A stretch of 64,000 nucleotides of DNA from Candidatus Omnitrophota bacterium (GTDB taxonomy: Bacteria > Omnitrophota > Gorgyraeia > Gygaellales > JAQTUX01), in the NCBI GenBank assembly GCA_028707125.1, contig JAQTUX010000001.1:205639-269638 (forward strand). The letters run 5' to 3'. The notes beneath the pieces are model-generated. The model was not told the origin of the DNA. It saw nothing but the letters and a program-made list of their open reading frames with translations, and did not search any database. Shown here one piece after another: positions 57,028 to 64,000 of this stretch. Position numbers and translations under genes: made by a program. Every line of letters starts with the position of its first letter. Within the stretch, counting starts at the first letter, position 1.

Positions 57028-58707
57028 ATGCCTCAGGAAAGACAGTCAGAGCGTTCAAGGCAGGCAACGCCGATAGAAGAGGCGCTGATAAAAGAGGGCA
57101 TAATCACGCCCGAGCAGCTTGAGACGCTGAAGGTGGAGCAGGAAAGGAGCAGCGTCTCCATAGTTGAGGCGGTGCGCCGGCTCAAGGTCATAGATGAAGA
57201 CGTCCTGCTTGATTTCCTGAGCAGAAAACTCAATATAAAAAGGCACAGTTTAAAAGGCTTCATCCCCTCTCCCGATATCCTCAATAAGGTCCCGCCGCAT
57301 TTTGCCAGAGGCAAAAAGATCATCCCCCTTTTTCAGGAAGGTAAAGAATTGGCCGTAGGCATGGCAGACCCGCTGGATTTCGCCAGCGTGGAGGAATTGC
57401 GGTTCGGTTCCGGGCTGTTTGTCAAGCCGTACCTGGTCAAAGAAGACGAGGTGCTGGAATTTTTATCTTCTTATTACCCTGAGTCGGAAGAAGACATTAA
57501 GGCGGCGCCGCGGCAGAAAGAAAAAGAAAGGGAAGACGTGGAAAAGCCGTCAATAGTCAGGAGCGTCAACCTCCTCATTTTGCAGGCGGTAAAGGCGGGC
57601 GCCTCGGATATACATATAGAGCCGCTGGAGGATTCTTTGAGGGTGCGTTTCAGGGTGGACGGCGTCCTGCATGAGGTCACGCCGCCGGAAAAATATTTAT
57701 ACAGCGCCATCGTCTCGCGCATCAAGATCATGTCCAACCTTGATATCGCCGAGAAAAGGATACCGCAGGACGGCAGGTTCCAGACGCAGGTGGGGGAGAG
57801 GTCTATTGACGTGCGCGTCTCAACCATCCCCATGATCTACGGCGAAAGCATAGTGCTGCGCCTGCTTGAGCAGACAAAGAAGGTGCTGACGCTGGAAGAG
57901 ATCGGCTTTTTAAAAGACGACTTAAGCGTATACAGGCGCCTGATACAGCAGACAGCGGGCGTAGTCCTGGTTACCGGCCCCACGGGGAGCGGAAAGACCA
58001 CGACCCTTTATGCCTCGCTTATGGAAATAAAGAGCGTGGAGAAGAATATTATCACAATAGAAGACCCTGTGGAGTATCATCTTGACTTTGCCCGCCAGAT
58101 ACAGATCAATTCCAAGGTAAACCTCACCTTTGCCTCGGGCCTGCGTTCAATATTGCGCCATGACCCGGATATAGTCATGGTGGGAGAGATCAGGGACCTG
58201 GAGACCGCGGAGATCGCCACGCAAGCGGCCCTCACCGGCCACCTCGTATTCTCAACCCTTCACACAAACGACGCGCCCTCCGCCATAACGCGGCTGGTGA
58301 ATATGGGGGTTGAGCCGTTTCTGGTCGCCTCCTGCGTTAAAGGCGTGGTCGCCCAGCGGCTTGTGAGGGTGTTGTGTACCTGCAAAAAGCAGAGAAAGAT
58401 AAAACTTTCCCTGCTTCACGGGCTGCTGCGGCTGGAGCAGCCGAAAGAGGACAAGGAGGTACCGGTCTTTGAGGCGGGCGGCTGCCAGAATTGCATGCAT
58501 ACCGGCTACAGGGGCAGGGTGGCGATATTTGAGATAATGGAGATGAACGACGATATAGGCGCCCTCACCGTTGAGAAGAAAAGTTCGGAGGATATAAAGC
58601 GGCTGGCTGTTTCGGGAGGGATGCACAGCTTACAGCATAACGGCCTGGACAGGATACTCGCGGGCGTGACCTCGCCCGAGGAAGCGGTGAGGGTTTTGGG
58701 AGCATAA
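57028..58707 (+). CDS. Type IV pilus / T2SS assembly ATPase, second copy (PilB/GspE family)
   Basis: GSPII_E_N-like N-terminus and Walker A GPTGSGKTTT. It shares the conserved nucleotide-binding-core motifs with 33423..35141. Confidence 0.9.
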   Translation: MPQERQSERSRQATPIEEALIKEGIITPEQLETLKVEQERSSVSIVEAVRRLKVIDEDVLLDFLSRKLNIKRHSLKGFIPSPDILNKVPPHFARGKKIIPLFQEGKELAVGMADPLDFASVEELRFGSGLFVKPYLVKEDEVLEFLSSYYPESEEDIKAAPRQKEKEREDVEKPSIVRSVNLLILQAVKAGASDIHIEPLEDSLRVRFRVDGVLHEVTPPEKYLYSAIVSRIKIMSNLDIAEKRIPQDGRFQTQVGERSIDVRVSTIPMIYGESIVLRLLEQTKKVLTLEEIGFLKDDLSVYRRLIQQTAGVVLVTGPTGSGKTTTLYASLMEIKSVEKNIITIEDPVEYHLDFARQIQINSKVNLTFASGLRSILRHDPDIVMVGEIRDLETAEIATQAALTGHLVFSTLHTNDAPSAITRLVNMGVEPFLVASCVKGVVAQRLVRVLCTCKKQRKIKLSLLHGLLRLEQPKEDKEVPVFEAGGCQNCMHTGYRGRVAIFEIMEMNDDIGALTVEKKSSEDIKRLAVSGGMHSLQHNGLDRILAGVTSPEEAVRVLGA

Positions 58708-58850
58708 ATACAATAAATGACCAATGGCCAAGCTCCAATGACGAATGAAATCACAATGACCCAAATCCCAAACAGGAAATATAAATTGGGTATTGGGATT
58801 TGGACATTCATTCGTCATTGTGATTTGGTAATTGTTACATTATTCTGTAA
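58708..58850 (+). repeat. Palindromic intergenic repeat element, copy 4 (forward orientation)
   Basis: aatgaccaatggccaagctccaatgacgaatgaaatcacaatgacccaaatcccaa...ttgggtattgggatttggacattcattcgtcattgtgatttgg. It is about 90% identical to the reverse complement of copy 5. Confidence 0.65.
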
Positions 58851-58868
58851 TTGGATATTGATTCCAAG

Positions 58869-59399
58869 ATGTCCGAACGAAAAAATGGTTTTACCTTAGT
58901 AGAAATACTTATATCATCGGTAATCCTGGTCAGCGTGATAGGCCTGGTGTTCGCCACATTGGTCACTACCTTTAATTCCTGGCGCAGGGCCGAGGAGGCC
59001 AGCATAAAACAGCAGCAGGTCAGGTTCCTGTTCTTCCGTATGAACCGAGAGCTTTCTTCCGCCGTGCGTAACGGCAAGTTCGCCGGTGACGGGAGCGCGT
59101 TCCATTTTATCACCGCCCTGATGCCCATGGCGGAAATAGGATACGAATACAACGGCGCGGACAAGACGCTGACAAGATCGTTTGAGAAAACCGCGGACCT
59201 TAATTTTGACACATTTGACAGAAAAGATCAGGTTATGTCCGGGCTTCAGGCATGGAGGGTTTCTTTTCTTGATTCAGGGGGGCAGTGGCAGGAACAGTGG
59301 CTTAAGGATGAGCTGCCGAGGGCGGTAAAGATCGCTTTTAAGATAGATGAAAAAACCCCTGAACAGGAAAACATAGTGCATATAGCTGTCGCGGAATGA
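58869..59399 (+). CDS. Prepilin-type N-terminal cleavage/methylation domain protein (pseudopilin/pilin-like)
   Basis: MSERKNGFTLVEILISSVILVSVIGLVFA. The start is taken at the ATG at 58869, because the track start 58851 is TTG. Confidence 0.55.
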   Translation: MSERKNGFTLVEILISSVILVSVIGLVFATLVTTFNSWRRAEEASIKQQQVRFLFFRMNRELSSAVRNGKFAGDGSAFHFITALMPMAEIGYEYNGADKTLTRSFEKTADLNFDTFDRKDQVMSGLQAWRVSFLDSGGQWQEQWLKDELPRAVKIAFKIDEKTPEQENIVHIAVAE

Positions 59400-59448
59400 A
59401 TAGAGAATAGTGTTGCATTGATGATGATATTTTGATATAAAATGAGAT

Positions 59449-60948
59449 ATGCATATGATTAAAGGGGGTCTTATAATCATAGGCATCCTGGCTGTTTCTC
59501 TGGGGCTCAGCCCGTTTGTTTTTTCCGCCTCATCCGGCAGTTCCATTTACGACGCCACCCTTATTTCTTTTTACGGCGGCGGTTCAAGTTCCGCCCTGTC
59601 TTCCACGAATTTTTCTTCCCCTTATTCTTTATTAGGCGAGACGCCTGCCGCTCCGGACACGCTATCCAGCACTGCCTTCAACACCTATGTCAGCGTGCTT
59701 AAGCTTATCGCGCCGGCTGAATCTTCAGACATCTATAAGATAGGCAACTTAATGGCAAAGACCGATACCCTGGGCCAGGGTATCACCGAGAGCGCTTGGC
59801 AGGCGGACAACAGCCCCTATTTTTACTGGTCAATATTGACCCAGCCGCCCGAGCTTGTTACCGGATTCAGTTTTTCCCTTGACTCTTCCCCCGACGATGA
59901 AGTCGATACCGCCAGCACGTTCTATCAATATCCCCAGGACGGTATCTCCGACGGTAAGCATATCTTTTATGTAAAGCCGTTCGGCGGAGACCTCTGGGGC
60001 GATGCCGTAAGCTTCAATATATGGGTAGATACCGCCCCGCCGGCAATTAATTCCAGCATGCCTCAGCCCGGAGCGGTCATCAAAGACAGCGCGGTTGAAG
60101 TATACTGCCATATCAGCGATGCCTCATCGGGGGTAAACAGCCTGAAGACCTCAATGTCCATAAACGGCTCTCAGGTTTCAGCCATATACGAAGAGGCCAC
60201 GGGTAAACTCAGCTTTAACGCCGGCGGCCTTCCTGAGGGCAGCAACACCGTCTTCATAAAGGCGGAGGATATAGCGGGCAACGACGCGAATAAAAGCTGG
60301 TCGTTCACCAAGGATACAGCGGCGCCCTTAGGCGCCGTGCTGATCAACGCGGGGGACGACACGGCTTATTCGCCTTACGTCATACTTGATCTGGCGGCTG
60401 AAGATGACACCACATCCGTAGTAAAGGTCTATATATCAAATGACGGAGTATTTGACGATGAATTTTCCCAGGCCCGTGAATACAGCAGCCAGATAAAGGG
60501 CTGGCTTCTGAAGGAGCCGGACAAGGACGGTTTAAAGACGGTTTATGTGATCTTTGAAGACGCGGCAGGCAACCGCTCCGAGGCATATTCGGCGAGCATA
60601 ACCTTACGCCTGCTTACCCCTGATACGCGCATAATCAGCGCCCCTCCCGGCATTACCCAGGAGACAGGCGCTGATTTTATATATGAGGCAAGCAAGCCCG
60701 GCTGCGTATTCAGCTTCCGTTTAGACGATGCGCAGTGGTCCGGCTGGGCGAGCGCTGCCCAGGCATCATTCAGCGGCCTGGCCGAAGGCAATCATTATTT
60801 TCTCGTAAAGAGCGCCTTTGACCTGGACAGCGACGGAGTGATCACCATAGACGAGGAGGACGCCACCCCGGCGCAGTGGGTCTGGGCCATCGGCGAGGCA
60901 GTCGCCCCCGCGGCAGGGGAAGAGACGCTGTTCTGGAAAAGACAGTAG
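59449..60948 (+). CDS. Secreted protein with bacterial Ig-like domains (adhesin-like)
   Basis: Signal peptide. The repeated beta-rich units with GNDANKSWSFTKDTAAP- and GNRSEAYSASITL-type motifs are typical of Big-like domains. Confidence 0.45.
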   Translation: MHMIKGGLIIIGILAVSLGLSPFVFSASSGSSIYDATLISFYGGGSSSALSSTNFSSPYSLLGETPAAPDTLSSTAFNTYVSVLKLIAPAESSDIYKIGNLMAKTDTLGQGITESAWQADNSPYFYWSILTQPPELVTGFSFSLDSSPDDEVDTASTFYQYPQDGISDGKHIFYVKPFGGDLWGDAVSFNIWVDTAPPAINSSMPQPGAVIKDSAVEVYCHISDASSGVNSLKTSMSINGSQVSAIYEEATGKLSFNAGGLPEGSNTVFIKAEDIAGNDANKSWSFTKDTAAPLGAVLINAGDDTAYSPYVILDLAAEDDTTSVVKVYISNDGVFDDEFSQAREYSSQIKGWLLKEPDKDGLKTVYVIFEDAAGNRSEAYSASITLRLLTPDTRIISAPPGITQETGADFIYEASKPGCVFSFRLDDAQWSGWASAAQASFSGLAEGNHYFLVKSAFDLDSDGVITIDEEDATPAQWVWAIGEAVAPAAGEETLFWKRQ

Positions 60949-60949
60949 A

Positions 60950-61090
60950 TAAATGATAATTCACAATTACCAAATCCCAATGACGAATGAATGTCCAAAT
61001 CCCAATACCCAATTTGTATTCTTTATTTGGGACTTGGGTCATTGTGATTTCATTCGTCATTGGAGCTTGGACATTGGTCATTATTAGCCA
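60950..61090 (-). repeat. Palindromic intergenic repeat element, copy 5 (inverted relative to copy 4)
   Basis: Its reverse complement aligns with copy 4 at about 90% identity over about 120 nt. The six-frame artefact ORFs 58717..58899(+) and 60842..61081(-) translate to near-identical peptides. Confidence 0.65.
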
Positions 61091-61152
61091 TTAATAATTT
61101 TATGATATCAATATTTAAACCCGCAATCATATCAATAATCCAGGAGGTTAAA

Positions 61153-64000
61153 ATGAACGCGAAGAGAATCGATCTATCTAAAGTATTTATCCTGTCCTTA
61201 TTATCCCTCTTGCTGAGTAGTATCTTCTGGAACTCCTCTTTTGCCGCGCCGCCGAGGGAGATGTACATTCAGGCAAAAGTTACTAATAAGCAAGGGGATG
61301 CCATCACCGGCTCTCACAGCGTTATCTTCCGCCTTTACAGCGCATCGAGCGGAGGCACTGCCATTTGGACAGAGACCCAGACCGTCACCGTCGGCACAGA
61401 CGGCATACTCGGCGCCTATCTGGGCTCATCCACAGCCCTGCCCACGACCCTTGATTTTGACTCAACCTATTATCTTTCCATTGAAGTTGATTCCGACGGC
61501 GAGATGTCGCCGCGCATAAAGCTTTCTGCCGCGCCTTACGGCCTGGGCGCCTATATGATAGGCGGTCTTGAGGCAACATCGTTCTTACGTTCCGACGCGG
61601 CCGATACAGCCGCGGGCAACATCACCTTCCAGAAGGCGGACCCGTCATTGATATTTGACGTAAGCACAGACGATGATACCGATTTCTGGTTAGGCGTGCA
61701 GGATGACGCGGGAGAGGATGACGACGACCTGTTCCAGATAGGCGGCGGCACCACGCCGGGCACAGGCCCGTTTCTGACGCTTGATACCTCCGGCAACCTC
61801 GGCATCGGCACTGTCGCGCCGACTTCAAAGCTCTACGTTGTCGGCGACATAACCGCCACCGGCTCGGTCAGCGCTGCCTCAGGCAGCGGCGGCTGGATTG
61901 ACGACGGGACCGTTGTGCGGCTGGCCGCTTCAACCGATACCGTAGGCATCGGCACGGCAACCCCGGGCTCAACGCTTGATGTGGAGGGCACGCTGCAATT
62001 GCAGTCAGGCGCATCCATCAGCGAATTTTCCACTGACGGCACGCTGGCAGATGATAGTGATACCGCTGTGCCTACGGAGAAGGCGGTAAAGACATACGTT
62101 GACACGGAAATCGGAGGCATCTCACAGGACAAGATCACGGAGGGCGATACCACAGTTGAGGTAGTTGATACGGAAGACGGCTACATCACATTAACCGAGG
62201 ATAATGATGAAAAAATGCGCATAACCGGCGGTCAGGTAGGCATCGGAACAACGGCTCCCGGCGCCTCGCTTGATGTCGTGGGCGGTTCTGTCCGTACGGA
62301 TAACCAGTTGATCTCTACTGTGGCAACAGGCACCGCTCCTTTGGCTGTTACCTCAACCACCGTTGTTACCAACCTTAACGCCGATACAGTAGACGGCTCC
62401 AGCGCGGCGGACTTTATGGCAGCCGGCACAGATACCTGGGTGGATACCACAGGCGATACGATGACCGGTCAGCTGATTATGTCGGGCGTGGCCTCTGACA
62501 TTACAACCGGCTCAAACGAACATCTGGCGTTAATGCCGGAGGGAACCGGCAAGGTGGGTATAGGCACCAGCTCTCCCGGAGCCATGCTTGAGGTAGCGGG
62601 CGACGTTCTTGTGGATACGACCGGCGCCGACGAGCTTGATTCCGTCACAACAAGCGATGTAACCACGTCTCTGGCAGTTGCCACAAACCCCGGCGGCACA
62701 GGGGACGTTGACGGCGTGATAAAACTGGGCAAGGATGACGGCGGCTGGCAGTCCATATGGTATGACGCCTCTTTACGCAGCAATCAGGGGCAGTTTGTGT
62801 TCAGCAGGCCGATCAAGGTCCAGGGCTCAAGCCCGGCGCTTATCACCTTTGACGACGGCAGCTCCACGCAGACGCTTACCTTTGATTCAACCGCCGATAA
62901 GACCTTGAGCTACAGCGACTCAATGAGCGTCAACGCCCTTGAGATACGCGCGGCGTCGCCTTCAGTGCTCAGTTTCGGCACCGGCTCAAACCTGGTTAAT
63001 CTTATCTATGACCCCGAGACCGACGGCATCCGTTTTTCGCGCGGCGTTTTTGACCACGATTTCCGTAACCGGATCAAGAACGGTTCATTTGAGGCGTTCA
63101 GCGCGTTAGAGGAGTTCCATAATTATGATCTAACGTATAGCACCGATGCCGCCGTATATAATACAACCGCCGGATACCAGGGCGGCTGGAATAATTTTGC
63201 CCCGGATGAATGGACATATGTTTCCGGCAAGGTATTCCAGCAGGCGCCGACATTTTTTGAGTCGGGTTTTACCGACGCCAACATTACCTCAACTACCTAC
63301 CAGCAGGATTTTGCCGAAGGCCGCAGTTCCGTGCGTTTAGCCTATGACAGCGGAGCGCCAGGCATTATCAGCCAGGTAATTTCCGGGCTTAAGCCCTCCA
63401 CCCTATACAGCGTAGGCGTGAAGATGCGTGTGGACACCGGCGGGTCTGCCGAGGTTGACATAGAAGGGGAAGATGCCTCAACCTCAACAACACTTTCCGC
63501 TAATCTCACTGCCGCGGCAACAGATGAGATGTCGGTTTCCAGCGTATCGGGATTTCCCGCTTACGGCATAGTCCTCATAGATTCAGAGCGCATCTCCTAC
63601 GCCGGCCTGGACGCGGATAATAACAAATTCCTGCGCCTGGCCCGCGCCGTAGAAAGCACCACAGCCGCGTCGCATAGCTCCGGCGCGACAGTAGGCATCG
63701 CCCCATTTAAGGTGTTGACCACTTCAACCGATACAACCTACGCCAAATTCAAGGGCCAGTTCTCAACCAGCGCCAGCGCGGGCGATGTCACAATTAAACT
63801 TAAGGCAACCGCGACCGACGGAACCGCCGCGTATTTTGACACGGTGCAGATCGTGGCAGGCGGCACCGTGCCGGAATACACCTCTAACACGCTGGTTGAT
63901 ACCGGAGACCAGACGCTTTACGGCAGCTTGCGCATCGGCCGCGCCTCCGACGAGAAGGGCGGCATCCTTTCGGTGGATAAGTTTGTGCGCGCCCGCGGCA
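61153..64000 (+). CDS. Very large secreted repeat protein (tail-fibre-like/adhesin-like), 5' part; the ORF runs past the window end
   Basis: AGGAGG RBS and a signal peptide. There is no stop codon in frame from 61153 to 64000, so at least 949 codons. Four spaced repeats of a G(I/V)GTxxPGxxL(D/E)VxG motif occur (LGIGTVAPTSKLYVVG, VGIGTATPGSTLDVEG, VGIGTTAPGASLDVVG, VGIGTSSPGAMLEVAG). Confidence 0.55.
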   Translation, partial: MNAKRIDLSKVFILSLLSLLLSSIFWNSSFAAPPREMYIQAKVTNKQGDAITGSHSVIFRLYSASSGGTAIWTETQTVTVGTDGILGAYLGSSTALPTTLDFDSTYYLSIEVDSDGEMSPRIKLSAAPYGLGAYMIGGLEATSFLRSDAADTAAGNITFQKADPSLIFDVSTDDDTDFWLGVQDDAGEDDDDLFQIGGGTTPGTGPFLTLDTSGNLGIGTVAPTSKLYVVGDITATGSVSAASGSGGWIDDGTVVRLAASTDTVGIGTATPGSTLDVEGTLQLQSGASISEFSTDGTLADDSDTAVPTEKAVKTYVDTEIGGISQDKITEGDTTVEVVDTEDGYITLTEDNDEKMRITGGQVGIGTTAPGASLDVVGGSVRTDNQLISTVATGTAPLAVTSTTVVTNLNADTVDGSSAADFMAAGTDTWVDTTGDTMTGQLIMSGVASDITTGSNEHLALMPEGTGKVGIGTSSPGAMLEVAGDVLVDTTGADELDSVTTSDVTTSLAVATNPGGTGDVDGVIKLGKDDGGWQSIWYDASLRSNQGQFVFSRPIKVQGSSPALITFDDGSSTQTLTFDSTADKTLSYSDSMSVNALEIRAASPSVLSFGTGSNLVNLIYDPETDGIRFSRGVFDHDFRNRIKNGSFEAFSALEEFHNYDLTYSTDAAVYNTTAGYQGGWNNFAPDEWTYVSGKVFQQAPTFFESGFTDANITSTTYQQDFAEGRSSVRLAYDSGAPGIISQVISGLKPSTLYSVGVKMRVDTGGSAEVDIEGEDASTSTTLSANLTAAATDEMSVSSVSGFPAYGIVLIDSERISYAGLDADNNKFLRLARAVESTTAASHSSGATVGIAPFKVLTTSTDTTYAKFKGQFSTSASAGDVTIKLKATATDGTAAYFDTVQIVAGGTVPEYTSNTLVDTGDQTLYGSLRIGRASDEKGGILSVDKFVRARG

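Noticed and set aside
58717-58899. 60-aa ORF MTNGQAPMTNEITMTQIPN..., and its near-identical twin 60842..61081 on the - strand
   Set aside because: Both are read-throughs of the palindromic repeat element. Their identity reflects the inverted repeat copies, not a conserved protein. They have no RBS and are rich in rare Trp/Ile codons from the ATTGG words.

Overview
The window is 64 kb from a mid-GC bacterial genome, almost entirely coding. Nearly all supported genes are on the + strand; the exceptions are a Ski2/HelY-like helicase fragment at the left edge and a GH94-like glycoside phosphorylase. Assignments are read from motifs in the translated ORFs, not database hits. ORF starts were re-checked by hand, because the supplied track renders TTG/GTG starts as M.

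Gene content, left to right:
- helicase fragment, secreted acidic protein, GH94-like phosphorylase, metallophosphoesterase, membrane coiled-coil protein, PfkB kinase;
- membrane pyrophosphatase (hppA), feoB, and an overlapping DtxR-family regulator with a FeoA-like tail;
- a sulfur/methionine block: PP-loop ATPase, Rrf2 regulator, metY, cysK, metX, metW;
- NifU-like protein and a Ca-type P-type ATPase;
- a nine-gene translationally coupled operon: LarE-like PP-loop enzyme, nifS, birA, bioB, bioF, bioH-like, bioC, fused bioD-bioA;
- mnmA and nadA;
- a type II secretion / type IV pilus-like locus: PilZ, gspE, F, G, H, I, J, K, L(PilMN-like), M, MerR-like HTH, ExeA, GspC/PilP-like, secretin gspD;
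- rluA, a second large GH94-like protein, rpe, yqeY;
- a second compact pilus-like system: PilMN-like, PilOP-like, a 1232-aa secretin with a long charged insert, a second PilB, a pseudopilin and an Ig-like secreted protein;
- the start of a very large secreted repeat protein running off the window.

Most interesting non-coding and unusual signals:
1. A well-formed c-di-GMP-I (GEMM) riboswitch candidate with its own promoter and a terminator-like hairpin, upstream of an unknown secreted protein, a PilZ protein and the secretion/pilus operon.
2. A family of about 110-140-nt palindromic intergenic elements built from CCAAT/ATTGG and AATGAC/GTCATT words (five copies). Two ~90% identical copies lie in inverted orientation around a 2.1-kb pseudopilin/adhesin cassette.
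3. A 17-codon ORF (MSCGSCGPR followed by eight lysines) with a strong Shine-Dalgarno, followed by a perfect 16-bp hairpin, just upstream of the long larE-nifS-birA-bio operon.
4. A separate GGTTACG-heptamer palindromic element.
5. A BirA-operator-like palindrome, a perfect 15-bp palindrome over a promoter upstream of the NifU-like gene and Ca-ATPase, and a MerR-type operator candidate.

No rRNA, tRNA, CRISPR, transposase or integrase was recognised.
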